From positions 99,200,001 to 99,264,000 of the forward strand of contig NC_043003.1 in assembly GCF_006345805.1 (NCBI RefSeq): a DNA stretch of 64,000 nucleotides. The letters are read 5' to 3'. The stretch comes from Octopus sinensis (Eukaryota). This document shows, in pieces, positions 24,587 through 38,822 of this stretch (within the stretch, counting starts at the first letter, position 1; the number at the start of each line of letters is the position of its first letter). The translations under genes and the position numbers were made by a program. The notes beneath the pieces were generated by a model, which had not been told where the DNA came from, ran no database searches, and saw only the letters and a program-made list of their open reading frames with translations.

Positions 24587-24840
24587 ACTTTTTATTCTTC
24601 TTGTTATTCTTTCCGCCCTTCCGTCCTTATTCCTTCTCAACCTTCGTAGCTGCCTGGCTTCGGACTTGTATTCTTTTCGTCATGTTCAAATTTTCTTCAT
24701 CATCATCATCGCTATTATTGCCATTCATCATCGCTACTGTCATCATCATCATCATCATCGCCGTCATCAACATTACCATAGCAATCCTCCTCCACCCCAT
24801 CATCATCATCATCATCATCATCATCATTGCCACCATTAGT
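24380..24840. repeat. (CAT)n-rich compound repeat
   Basis: Low complexity; poly-His/Ile/Ser pseudo-ORFs. Confidence 0.9.
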
Positions 24841-25069
24841 ATTATATGTTTGGCTTTTGGCTTGTGTTTGCACAAACTGACTCCAAGTCTCACCCAGAGA
24901 CCTCAAGAGATAAGTTAAAAGCTCAATTTGGTGTTATGTCTAGGGTGCCATATTTTTGGTTTTGCACAGAGTATTGCTCTAGAGAATGTCTGCCAAAACA
25001 ATAAATCCTTATTATCGTGCTTTGCTCCGCTTCACGTCTGACTAAATTGGAACGCATGATCTTTCACTT

Positions 25070-25971
25070 CCTGTGAAAGGGACGCGTTCCACTTCTCAGG
25101 CGCCCCATTTGCTGTCAACGCCGTTGCTGTTGATACGCAGACCTGTGCTTAGGCTACGACACCTCCAGCGCTTCCTAAAGGTGTGCAGATGTGGTCGCCT
25201 TTTGTGAAACACGATTTTCCACAGCTCGTCTCTTTGGCTGAGCTGCAGTCGTAGAACAAACGTAGATCGAGGCAGGGCACCTGGCACATGAAGTGTCGTC
25301 AGCCGCTCACAGCCCTCTGTCAGTCGAACATGCGGTCGATGGAAGGTCCACTCAGGCTTGCTACAGAGGGTTAGTGGCGGACAAGTGCAACGACGTTCTC
25401 AGGCAAACTATGGGTGCCGACCAGAATGAGTTTGATGGTCTGTTCCGAAGGACTTTCGACACGGGACCTATGGATAATTTCCAGAAATCTCTGGCCTGGC
25501 AGTACTACCGAGGGGCATTTCCGGTTCGGGATAAACTCTACAGGTGTGGATGTGCCGTCAGCCGGTCCTGCCCGAGATGCTCGTAGAGCGACGAAATTGT
25601 TCTGCACGCTCTCGTCCAGTGCCCGAACATTGCTAAATTGTGGATTTATGTCGAGCGCCTGCTGTCGCGTGTAAGATGAATCTGGCTATCGGCTGAGTCT
25701 ATCCTGCCGCCTTCCTTCGGCCGGGAAGGGTAGACAGTGTTTCTGTCTGGCGGTCTTAGCTAAAGAGGTTGTGTAGTGGACCAGGTTGAAAAGTTTGAAG
25801 ACAGACACTTTCTTCTTTGACCAAACCCTCATCAACTTTTTCAAGTTCCACTTGAAAAGAAAAGTGAGGGTAGAGAGGGAAGTACTACCTCCCAGTAATT
25901 TTGTCAAAAAGTGGGTGAATGTAGTGCGTATGACCCGAGTGAAGGGGCCTACTCTAAGCATGCGGCACTAG
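25070..25971 (+). pseudogene. L1/Tx1-clade LINE ORF2 3' fragment (zinc-binding region)
   Basis: MDNFQKSLAWQYYRGAFPVRDKL...SCPRC...HALVQCP...FFKFHLKRKVRVER; stops and frameshifts. Confidence 0.8.
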
Positions 25972-26004
25972 ATCAAGATCGGACGAAAAGGAGAGGGCAA
26001 TGAC

Positions 26005-26718
26005 CTAAAGGTCAGGACGGTCGTGGTTTTTGTCGGAGAACTTTCGGGCCTGGGGCCTATGGATAACTTCCAGAAATCCCTTACCTGGCAGTGATACCGA
26101 GGGGCGCTGCCTGTTCGAGGTAAACTTTATATGCACGGAAGTGCCGTCAGCCGGGTCTGCCTGAGGTGCACCCAGAAGGATGAAGCCGTTCTGCACGCTT
26201 CAGTCCAGTGCCCGAGTATTGCTGACCTGTGGGTTTATGTCGAACACCTGCTGTCGCGTGTAGGTCGGATCCGACTATCAGCTGAATCCATTGTGAAGAT
26301 TGCCACGCCGCCCTCTGTTGGCCGGGCGGGGAAGGCAATTTTTATTTGTCTAGTGGCTGTAGTAAAAGAGGTAATGTGGTGGACCCGTTTGAAAGGGCTA
26401 AAGACAAGCACTTTCCTCTTTGGTCAAGCCTTCATCAACTTTTTCAAGTTGAGAGTGGAGAGGGAAATGTTGACTTGTAGTAAGTTTGTTGAAGGGTGGT
26501 TGAATGTTTGGGAAATGGCCAGTGTGAAAGGACCAATTCTGAGCGTGCACCTGTAAAAAAAAAAAGAAGGGCTCTTGCCCTATTGTACAGGCACCCGTGA
26601 CATTTGTGGGGTTTTTTCACGAGGTCCTTAATGCGCCTCCCTATTGTTTTTGTCTTTTATATTGTTGCATGTGTTTTAATGTAATTTTATGTAAGCCCTT
26701 GTAGCCAATAAACAAATT
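26005..26718 (+). pseudogene. Second, diverged L1/Tx1-clade 3' fragment with 3' UTR
   Basis: CLRCTQKDEAVLHASVQCPSIADLW...WWTRLKGLK; stop at 26556, A-run, AATAAA at ~26708. Confidence 0.8.
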
Positions 26719-27339
26719 TATCATCATCATCATCATCATCATCATCATTATTATTATTATTATTATTATTATCATTATTATTATTATTATTATTACTTTT
26801 ATTATTATTATTATTTTATAACAGGCGAAAAGAAAAAGACAGAAAAAAGAAGACAACAGAAAAAAAAAGAAAGGAGAAAGAGAAAGAAGAATATTTAATC
26901 AAACAGCTTTGTAACCTTGCTGGGACACCGCTTTGACTCTATTTTGTGAAAGTTTAGTACGTATATTATTGTCCGCATTACCGAACTGCTAAGTTAGGGG
27001 AACGCAAATAAACCGGCACTGATTGTCAAGCGGTGCTGGGGGGACTGACGGGATCCTTTTCAATTTTCGTCTTTCCAAATCCATTCACAAGGCTTTGGTC
27101 AGCACATTAGTCCAAGATGCCAAGCGGTAGGACTGAACCCCGAAACACGTGGTTAGGAAGCAAACTTCTTACTACACAACCGCGCCTGCGCCAAAATACG
27201 GAAAATAATATTTGTATTCATTTTTTTTACACTGGAACAGAATTGTCCACCTCGCGTCCAACCTTCACTTCGTTTCTATAGTAACGGTTGAGTGTCACAC
27301 TTACTTGTTTGTGATTAAATCACTGCTAATATATTAATG

Positions 27340-27722
27340 GGAGGCGCAATGGCCCAGTGGTTAGGGCAGCGGACTCGCGGTCGTAGGATCGTGGTTTCGA
27401 TTTCCAGACCGGGCGTTGTGAGTGTTTATTGAGCGAAAACACCTAAAAGCTCCACGAGGCCCCGGCAGGGGTTCGTGGTGATCCCTGCTGTACTCTTTCA
27501 CCACAACTTCCTCTCACTCTTACTTCCTGTTTCTGAGGTACCTGTATTTTAAAGGGCCGGCCTTGTCACTCTCTGTGTCACGCTGAATATCCCCGAGAAC
27601 TACGTTAAGGGTACACGTGTCTGTGGAGTGCTCAACCACTTACACGTTAATTTCACGAGCAGGCTGTTCCGTTGATTCTGATCAACCGGAACCCTCGTCG
27701 TCGTAACCGACGGAGTGCTTCA
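27340..27722 (+). mobile_element. SINE type C (tRNA-like head) with RTE-like tail and ~11-bp TSD
   Basis: GGAGGCGCAATGGCCCAGTGGTTAGGGC...GGTTTCGATT; ATATATTAATG on both flanks. Confidence 0.85.
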
Positions 27723-28604
27723 AAAAAATATATATATTAATGTAAATAATCAAGACTTCTGACGAGGTGAAGACAGGAAAACAGCTCAGTGTTTAAAGTT
27801 TGTCGAGGTATGTAAGGGCGACAACTCGGTTACAGCTCGATTAAATGGAATTAAAACTACGTTCGGTTACAACTTCAGTTAAATAAAAATTAAAAATACG
27901 CTTGTTGTTTTCAATGGAGTCGGATATTAACTGACTTCTTCATTGGCCTCTATTTTCCTCGGCGTTAAGTTTCGGCCGTTGCTGACATCATCAGGCCGAA
28001 TAATTAGTTTATTGTGCTATGGTCAACACCAGTTCATCCTCATTTTCATAAATAAGTTTAACTGCAAACTCAGTGAAAAATAGTGAACACCTATAATGCA
28101 TCAACCAATACAGAAAAGCTAGTACCTCACTATGGAGACTAATTTGGCCTTTAAACTCAATCAGCATTCACATTATTATGAAATGAAACATTGGATATGT
28201 CGCAAAACCCAACATCAACAATAAATATCCTTGACAAGTTGGCACCGCAGAATCGTTTTAAATTATTTTCCCCATTCTCTAATTACTTAATCAACACTGA
28301 GATTTTGCTTAAATGCGTAGGCAAAGAATCTTCAAAAGTTTAAACAGAATATATTTCTGAATTAATTTTTATAAGTACAGGCATACTTAGTTTTAGTATT
28401 ATTAATCTTTTGCTTGTTTCGGTCATTGGACTGCGGCCATGCTAAGGCACTGCATTGAAGGGTTTAATCAAACAAATAAACACCAGTACTGATTTCTTTT
28501 TTAATCTGGCACATCTTTTACCGAACCGTTAAATTACGGGGTCATAAACGAACCAACACCGGTTGTCAAGTGGCGGACAAGGCAGAGCAAAAACGAAGAC
28601 ACAT

Positions 28605-28697
<93 letters not shown>

Positions 28698-28747
28698 GTG
28701 TGTAGATAGATAGATTGATATATATATATATATATATATATATACGC

Positions 28748-28965
28748 TTTTACTCTTTTACTCTTTTACTTGTTTCAGTCATTTGACTGCGGCCATGCTG
28801 GAGTACCGTCTTTAGTCAACCAAATCGACCCCGGGACTTATTCTTTGTAAGCCTAGTACTTATTCTATCGGTCTGTTTTGCCGGACCGCTAAGTGACGGG
28901 GGACATAAATGCACTAGCATCGGTTGTCAAGCAACGCTAGGGGGACAAACACAGACACACAAACT
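28748..28965 (-). mobile_element. SINE type A 3' half
   Basis: TACTCTTTTACTTGTTTCAGTCATTTGACTGCGGCC... Confidence 0.85.
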
Positions 28966-28990
28966 TACACACACACATACATACACACAC

Positions 28991-29030
<40 letters not shown>

Positions 29031-31319
29031 TTACAGATTTTTATTAATATGTCACATGTTCTTATAAATCATATATTAGCGCTTGAATCTACTCTAGTAG
29101 AATCTTTAGCTCCAAACCTTGGTTTCTTAATTATTACACTGTGAAACAGGATTTTTTGTTTTTGTTTTTGTGTAGCAACTGTTATTTCCTACTTACTTAT
29201 CCCTAAAATGTATGAAAAGTGGTTAATATCTCCTTTAAACGTTGCGCTTGTTGCATTTATTCAAACCTCAAAGAGTCCCTCTCAACACATGGCTATGATG
29301 CTCCCCCAATACTCCTGCTCATCAGCAGAGACGCATATGTTGTCAGCCACTAAGAGACATGCTCAAGTGGTTAAGGCCAAGCAACTGACAAGCAAACAAG
29401 TGGTATTGAGTAGAATACTTGCTATAAGGATATTTCTGCTTCAGCAACTCAGCGCTGAATCTGTCTGAAATGTAATGGAAAATCAAAACATTGATGTCCA
29501 GGTCACAAAAGCAAAGTCTGGAGGGAATGGTAGTCATTTCCTTTGATTCCTAGATAGAAGCAAACAGGAAATAACACTTACTATAACAGCAACTATTTAA
29601 AGCAGAATTTTTATATTATAATATTCTTTCTTTTTTTTATTACTTCAACTAATTCATTTAATTATCTAAACCTAGACACATATTTTCGTTCTAGCTATTG
29701 TATTCTTTTAACGCCGGGCGAAACGCTTAGCAGTATTTCGCCTGTCTTTACGTTCTGAGTTCAAATTCCGCCGAGGTCGACTTTGCCTTTCATCCTTTCA
29801 GGGTCGATAAATTAAGTAGCAGTTGCGTACTGGGGTCGATCTAATTTACTGCCCCCCCCCCCCAGCAAAAAAATAACTTCGGGTCTTGTACCTGAAGTAG
29901 GAAAGAATTATTAAATGCCCTACTTAGAAATTCTTATTAGACCATCGATTTATTTCATAGGTCCAAACGCGGCTGTATGGTTAAAGAACTCGTTTGTAAT
30001 TATGTGGTTTCGGGTTCAGTCTCACTGCGCGGCACATTAGACAAACGTTTTCTACTATAGCCCCAGGCCGACCAATACTTTGTGAGTGAAATTGCTAAAA
30101 AGTGTGTGCTTATGTACCTTAGGGTTTGTATTTGTGTCACCCTACACACACATCATTACAACCGGTGTTGTTTTCTTTATGTCCCTATAACTTAGTGGTT
30201 CGATATAAGAGACCGACAGAATAAGTACCACACTTAAAATAAGTACTGGGTTCGTTTGTTTTTTTCGACTAAAACCCTTAGAAGTTCCCCCGTAAGGCGG
30301 CAGTCTAATGACTGAAATAAGTACAAGCTGAAAGTGAAAAAATATTAATCTTACCGTAGCATAATTCTTTCCTCAAACCGCTTCAACCCACCTCCAATTT
30401 AACTTGTTATTTAGGTTCATAACAAAGAATGTTTATTTTTTAGATAATATAATAGCAAGTTGTGCCGAGAGTAAAAAGAATATCTTTCTTATTTCCACTT
30501 AACTATAATCCGCTTTTTGATTTCTTTTCATCATTTACTATGAAGGCGCTTGGCCCAGTGATCAGGGTATTGTACTCACAATTGTGAGATCGCGGTTTCG
30601 ATTCGCTGAAATAGTGCATTGTGTTCAGGAGCAAGACACTTCATCTCCTATTATTACAGTCCACTCAGCAATATATATACGTCCAGTTCAGAGCGACTGC
30701 AAGCCTGCCCACCTAGCCAGCGAGGTAGCAGCATTCGAAAGCTGCAACACTGCAAAGATACGCATCGTGATAAGCGGTGTATTGTATGTGGTTACATGAA
30801 AAAGCCTGGTCGATACAGTGATAATCGTTCACTACCTAACCTTTATTCCAATGTATCTATAATGTAACCTATATTCTAATACATTCGTTTTCATCTAGTC
30901 GCGTTTAATTTCTTCAAGTTTATTTATGGAGCATGTTACTTTAATTCCACTGTTCTAACATTTGTCAAACTGTTCTCAATAACAAATAGTTTACACACAG
31001 ACACTTTATAGAAAAATACACTCTATAAAAGCTATTAATATTTTCAGATATGCCACGTTTCATTTAATGTTTCCATATTTTTAACATCAAGTACATTCTA
31101 CTTTATTGTAAACTTTTTTTCGTATGTATGTATGTATGTATGTATATATAGATTTTTTTTTTTGCTTCCTCATAATGTTCCATTGTCTAATCTACATTTC
31201 TATACGTTCCTTTTCACACACTTACCTTTAAATTGATATCTTCAGCTATATACATGATATACATGTCATATAATTTCACTATTCCAAATTACACCAAAAT
31301 TGTTCACAACAATAACTTC

Positions 31320-31370
31320 TAACACACACACACCACACACACACACATACACACACATATATATATATAT

Positions 31371-31413
<43 letters not shown>

Positions 31414-31886
31414 CACGCACTCAAACAGAGAGAGAAAGAGAGTGAGAGATACGATTCTACAAAAAGTATTGATATCTTTAGATGTGCAAGTAATATAGCT
31501 ATTTTTTCATTGCATTGATTACATAACCACGCATGCTGTTCTTTACCACAAAAATTAAGTTTCCATTCTACCAAGTACCTTCATGTTTTTTTCTATTATA
31601 TATATATATATATATATTATTCAAAAAATTCCAACTCTGTTTTTTTTTATTTATATTCTTTATAATATTAATGTAGAATATAGAATATATAGTATAAATA
31701 ATATATATATATATGCAGTAAAATGAAATGAAGTATTGATTGTCTTATTGAATAGATGAAATACTGAATATAAAATATGAAGGGACTAGTATACTTTCTT
31801 GCATTATAGCAGTCTTCAAGGACCCAGGTTGTGACAGGAGTGTTTTAACTGTTGAAACACTACATACAAACACACACACACACACA

Positions 31887-31971
<85 letters not shown>

Positions 31972-32132
31972 AATAGAAAAAACACGAAGATACTTGGTAG
32001 AATGGAAACTTAATTTTTCTGGTAAAGAACAGCATGCGTAGTTATGTAATCAATGCGATGAAAAAATAGCTATAATACTTGTACACCTTAAAATATCAAT
32101 ACCTTTTGTAGAATCATATCTCTCACTCTCTT

Positions 32133-32163
<31 letters not shown>

Positions 32164-32270
32164 GTTTGAGTGTTTGTGCGTATGTGTGTGTGTGTGTGCG
32201 TGTGTGTGTCTGTGTGTGTGTGTGTGTGTGTGTCTGTGTATGTGTGTGTGTGTCTTTGTGTGTGTGTGTG
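31320..32270. mobile_element. Fold-back/MITE-like element with ~250-bp diverged inverted arms
   Basis: GATACGATTCTACAAAAAGTATTGATAT...CCATTCTACCAAGTA (31440-31600) versus its reverse complement at 31965-32135; the CA/GA microsatellites are mirrored too. Confidence 0.75.
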
Positions 32271-32938
32271 TGTGATATAAACAGCAGTAAACCAACTACG
32301 TATGTTTCAAAAATCTTTTACTATGAGTTCTGTGTTGCCGCTTTTCAATGCATTTTACATTTAGCCAGTTACACCGTTAATCATTCAATGAAAGCGAGAC
32401 TAAACTTTATAACAACCATATATACATGCATTCAAAGTTATTCCATCTAGATTCAATGCATTATAATAACATATTGTATTTCAAATATGCGTTATCAACT
32501 GAGCTCTACATTACCTTGTATGTATATTTACATTAATTGATCAATTCTATATATAGATATATGTTATACTGTAAATTTAACCTAAGTTAATTATTCAAAT
32601 TTTATACATATCTATAACGATAAAAGCTGCTTCTTAATTTGGATTATGTAACTTTTACTGAATGAAAGCAATCATTAAAATCCACTCTGTTCATGAAATA
32701 CTTAAATTCCAATTTCAATGTATTTTTATCAAAGTGTGGTTCTTACACTTATTTTATTATTGAAAGATTTCATTTATGCGATTTAATTACAAAACCGATT
32801 TTTATTCGCTGCAACATAGTCGTCTTAAACTGCAAGAAAGTGTTCTTAGCCTAGCTAAATAAGTTAACTTAATGCTCGATTTCTTCATATATTCTGACGT
32901 TGTTTTTAGGTGCTCGGTATTATTCTGAATACATTTCC

Positions 32939-33128
32939 TGAGTGAGTGAGTGAGTGAGTGAGTGAGTGAGTGAGTGAGTGAGTGGGTGAGTGGGTGAGTG
33001 AGTGAGTGAGTGAGTGAGTGTGTCAGTCAGTCAGTCAGTCAGTCAGTCAGTCAGTCAGTCAGTCAGTCAGTGAGTGAGTGAGTCAGTGAGTGAGTTAGTG
33101 AGTCAGGGAGTCAGTGAGTCAGTGAGTG
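32939..33128. repeat. (TGAG)n/(TCAG)n compound tetranucleotide repeat
   Basis: Directly visible. Confidence 0.95.
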
Positions 33129-33981
33129 CTATTAAACGAATAATGGATACAAAGGAAAATTAGGCGCCACATATCAGAAAAAGACTCACACAAATTGGGA
33201 ATCAAATGTGAAAATTATATTTAGCAACTAGCAGAAAATCACCCTGAAGGTGGTCTTTCTGCCAGTCTTGAATAAAAGCAGGATTTCAATTTGATAATAA
33301 TGTCTCTTTCCACGTCTTTATAACATAATTAATTCGATGTTTTCCAATAAAAACTTTTTCTAATCACAAACTTACTGCTTTTTCACATTTCACGAATACT
33401 AAAAGCAGAATAAGGGATTTTGTTTTAGATATTGCGAAATAATTACGATAGTTCCTACAGTCACCTGCTTGCTAAACCTCTCCTATACACACTCACACCC
33501 ACATGGAGACGCACATTTTCTATTTGACTCTCATACCGCATATATTCTTATCTCGTTATTTCTCCTCCCTTTTATAATATATTAAGTACAACCCTTCGAC
33601 TTTCTCTTCTTCCTTTTGTTCTTCTTATTATTATTACTTTTATCATCATTGTTGTTATTAATATTGTTATTATTATTATATTGATAGTTCTACTCCACCC
33701 ATTACAACATCGTATCCCACCTTTGATACCACTAACATGCTTAACATCTTTTCTCTTTCTAGAGGTAGTTATATACATACATACGTATATATATATATAT
33801 ATATATATATATTCATACACACACACACATATATATATATATACATACATACATATATACACATACATACATACATACATATATACATTATATATATATA
33901 TTATATATATATACATACATACTTCATATATACAAATATATACACATAAATACATATATATATATTTATACAGACATACGT

Positions 33982-34051
<70 letters not shown>

Positions 34052-34221
34052 TACATCGTTATATAGGCACGTGCACACACTCACACACACAGGCATGTAG
34101 ATTGGCGCAAATGTTGCTTTTCAGCTCTTGATATGACCACACCCGATTTGTTTTTTATTTGAGCTTATCTTCAGAGAAAAGATTCCACAAACAACAAAAA
34201 CTCCAGAAACTAACGAATAAC

Positions 34222-34252
<31 letters not shown>

Positions 34253-34294
34253 GACCTAAAGTTGGAGCACAGAGGCCAGCTCCCTGACGAACTA

Positions 34295-34400
<106 letters not shown>

Positions 34401-37400
34401 ATTGAAGGCTAGGTTTTAAGAACTGTTTATGCCACATTTCTGATTGTAACGCCTTTTGATTCCTCATGAGAATCTTCCCTTAACTTACTTAACTTTAAAA
34501 GTTGTATTCCCTAGAATGTTCTTTATAAATATAATAAAGTTCACGAAGAATGAAGTCATTTTACTATAAAATCGGAGGGCGTTACCTGAACATCTTACTG
34601 TTCTATTTCCTCTTGGCAAATTTAACAGTGACAAGGTCACAGTTCGCACGACGATTTTGAAACCATATAATAAATAAATGCTGTAATTGAAGGTAACAGT
34701 CTTCGTATGATTTTGAATGGTTAATATGTGTTTTCGACGATGCAATCGTTTTAGTTTCAACAGGCGGTCCCAGATGAAAATCACTGGCCTGGCAAATACA
34801 TCTCTGAAATTTATATTTCACTAACTAAAAATAACATTGTTTTCAAATTTTGGCACAAAGCCCGCAAGTTCAAGTAAGTCGATAACATCGACCCCAGTCA
34901 TCAACTGTGGGGACGGGTACTTCTTTTTCTCGAGCTCAGTGAAAGGCAAAGTCGGCCTCGGCAGAATTTGCACTCAGAACGTAAAGACGGACGAAATGCC
35001 GCTAAGCCCGGCTTGCTCACCGCCTTATAACAAACTAACGAAAAATAATTACCAACTAACTAACAAAAATACTAATTGCTAATCTGGTGTTTTATTCTCT
35101 CACCGTATGTCATTTATTAATTGCATGTTTTTATTAATTAGTTGCTTTATTAATTATTTGTTAATAGCAGAGTTTTTTCCTCATTACATTATATATAATT
35201 ATGCTATTCATAATTTCTTAGGCTCAAACCAAAACAGCCTTCAAATTATAAATATCAAACTAGGACAACCTTGAAATTATAATTATCATAACTATTATAG
35301 ATCCTTGTAGGAAGAATTTCTGATCTAATTCTCTTTATATACAATGTGTATACTTTGTAATCAATAATAAAACTCTAAACGTTAAACAGTTTGGAAGTTT
35401 GGAGTATTTTTAGGCAACTATCCATTATTTATAAAGAACAAGATAGGAAAATCAAACTCTTTTATTAATTGTAAAATAGGTACGGATGTATGGTTCAGAG
35501 GCTTGTTTTCCAACTATGTGGCCTTGGGTTCAGTCCCACCGTGCGCACCTTGGGCAAGTATCTTCTACTGTAGCCCCAGCTTGACCAAAGTCTTGTGTGT
35601 AGGGGGTGGATTTGGTAGACGGAAAATGAAAGAAGACCATCGTAAATATATGTGTATGGTTGTGTGTGTGCGTGATTGTGTTTGTTCCCCATCACAGCCT
35701 GACAACCAGTGTTAGCATTTTTTACGTCCACGTGACTTGGCGGTTCGATAAAAGAGACCAACAGGTATAATGGGATTGATTTGATTGACTAAACTTTTCA
35801 AGGAAGTACCCCAGCCTAGCTGCAATCCAATGACTAAGACAAGTAAAATATAAAAGATAAGAGATATTCTGAATCCTGGAAATAAGTCATTTTTAATTCC
35901 ACTTGTGATTTGAGACGTCTCTGACGATGTATATACATCACACACCCGTTGGCTCTCTGATAAAGACGCGCAACATGAAGCTTGGACTGAGCTATATCAT
36001 AAATATGTTCGTTTGTAATTGAATTGTGCATAGCAGGGTTAGCACTACATACTGATTTCAACAATTATTTTTTGGAGGTGGAGGTTCCATCTTAAAATTT
36101 AAGCCTTTGATCCATTAACCGGGACATTATGTGACATTTTAGAATGGATCGGAACAAATGTGCAAACTAGACAAGGTACCGGAGCAACCACTTCAAACTG
36201 AAACTACCCCTACCAGACCGTATGTAGGGTAAACCTACGTATAATGACCTTAACTTTGACAAAATTCTGAACACAAACCATCACTAGTTTCCTAGGATTC
36301 TACTATTTCAATTTTACGTATGTATATATAATATGATATAGTGATCTCTCCGTCAGAGAGGCGACAATTCAATCTCTGATAGCTTATAACAACTTACCGT
36401 CAACGGTACCTCCACTACGATTCTTTGAAATTTAGCTGCAGCTAAACGCACTTGGGTCACCCGGCATTCCTGCTCTGTATTCTAAATGCGAGTAATCCCT
36501 CCACAGATCAAGTGCACAAAACTTCACTGAAATGCTCCTTGCCTCGAATGACAATCAACCAGAAGCACGTTTTGGTCGGTACGTTCATTCTGTACCCTAC
36601 AAAAATATGAATTAATCTTTAATTGCACTAAACTCACCCTGCTATGAACGTTATATTATAGACTCAAGGGTTTTCCCTAGATTAACTAATAAATAGCGTA
36701 TTAAGAAACTATATAAGCCATGCCATTAAAATATTCAAGAAAATCTTATGATGACTGAGTATCAGGTCACCCAATGTGCATATAGACTTTTTATCCATTT
36801 TTCTTCTGCTTCACGCTTTTACACGTTTTCACTACATTACATAACTGTTAGTGCACGCACTACATTACACAACGTACAGCACTGCATTACACTGTATGCA
36901 ACACAACTTCACTTGACATACCGCACTACATAACATACAGCACTAGATTACATGACAAATTACACTGAATTACACAAGTTATAACACTACATTACACAAC
37001 ACTTTCCACTACGTTACTAAACATACAATAGTACATTACTTACTTAGCACACTTCTCAACATTATCCATCATGAAAAGCAAGTGCATAACAGTAAAAACA
37101 ATTTAAAATTATAATTCTGATATGTCGGGCTTCGCAACTCTATATAATTACGCAGAACCATGCGGTATATGGCAGCTTCTCCAGCTAGAATAGCAATGAA
37201 ATTTCTCTCAAACCATTTCCTACTGCCTTAAAACTAGAAACACGTATTAAATAATGCAGTCCTAAAATACACTAAACTTTTCGGAATATGAGTCATGAAG
37301 GTTAGAATACCTTTAATCATAGATCCGTTGGATCTATATCGACTTGGAGTTGAACGACTAACATTTCCAGAAGAAAACCATTCTCTTCATTAACGTATTT

Positions 37401-37917
37401 TCTTTTGTTATAAATCTTTAAAAACATTACAGATTTTATAATTATAATTTATTCATTAGTCGAAGGAGAAAATTAAAGGCTCCAAATTTCTTCCGATTAA
37501 TCTTGGCTAATATACAGGAAGGACCACTGGATGAGATTAATGTATCCGACATTCAATCGGCATTGCTAGAGCGTAAACATGAGCAGTGAGTGAATTCTAA
37601 AGTGAAACATCTTTTGGTAAAAAGACAACACAATACGTTTTGAGTTCAAATTCCACCGAGGTCGACCTTGCCTTTCATCCTTTCGGGGTCGATAAATTAA
37701 GTACCAGTTACGCACTGGGGTCGATGTAATCGACTTAATTCCTTTGTCTGTCCTTATTTGTCCCTTCTATGTTTGGCACCTTGTGGGCAATAAAGAAATA
37801 AAAAGACAACACAGAATGTTACAGAACAGAAAATACCTTTACATCTAACAGGTTAAAGAAAGGGGACAGTCTAAGGTAGTAGAAAAGAAGTAGTTTTGTA
37901 GCAACAGAAGAGATTTA

Positions 37918-38132
37918 CGAGGGTTACTGAAAAGTACCTGACTTTAAGGATGTTGTGAAAGGCCTAGTTAAAGTCCCAACTATCCGAGTTCTTTTACAGG
38001 GCTTAGAAAACTGAAGAACCGATGCAATAAGTGTGTGAATCTGAGAGAGGAATATGTTGAATAAAATCATAATTAACTGATGCTCTTGTGTTTTCTTTGA
38101 CCTAAAGCCAGGAACTTTTCAGCACACTCTCG
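37918..38132 (+). mobile_element. Mariner-derived MITE, ~30-bp TIRs, TA TSD
   Basis: TA|CGAGGGTTACTGAAAAGTACCTGACTTTA ... TAAAGCCAGGAACTTTTCAGCACACTCTCG|TA; internal LRKLKNRCNKCVNLREEYVE* transposase end. Confidence 0.85.
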
Positions 38133-38575
38133 TATAAGAAAATAGAGCAGTGAGCCAGCAGGTATTAAATATAAGCGTTGAAAGGTTTCCATATCAAGTG
38201 AATTTTGTTAATGGTTCTTAGTGCGTTATGTGAACAGTATTCTATTTAAGAATACGACGGTGAGCTGGCAAAATCGTTAGCATGCCAGGCGAAATGCTTA
38301 GCGGCATTTCGTCCGTATTCACGTTCTCAGTACAGACTCTGCCTTTCATCCTTTTGGGGTCGATAAGATAGTACCAGTCAAGTACTGGGGTCGATACAGT
38401 GGACTCAGCCCCTACCCCAAAATTGCTGGCCTTGTACCAAAATTTGAAACCAATAATCTAGCAATTTTTCAATGGTGATTTGATTGGTTGCCTATAGTTC
38501 TTGCCTTGGTGTATTTTAGACTTAAGACAGGAAAGCGTCATGTGTTTTGAAGGGAATCTGTACCCATGCATGTAT

Positions 38576-38618
<43 letters not shown>

Positions 38619-38822
38619 TAAAGAGAGAGAGAGGGGGGAGGGAGGGAGGAGTGTGCTGTCAGGCAGAGTTAGTGAGAGGAGAACCCTAATTGGAGAATGT
38701 TGATCCATTTTCTTGCCCAGTTTAATATCACCATTGGTGGTAGGTAACTTTTTGTTGGATCTCAAGTATTCTGACAAGGTCTTGGTATCTTCATGTGCTG
38801 TTGCTTCCTACTATACCTTCTT

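Noticed and set aside
27340-27420. tRNA-like sequences at SINE heads (also 55289, 55895, 13805)
   Set aside because: They have A/B-box-like motifs but no complete cloverleaf, and they continue into repeat bodies with TSDs; these are SINEs, not tRNA genes
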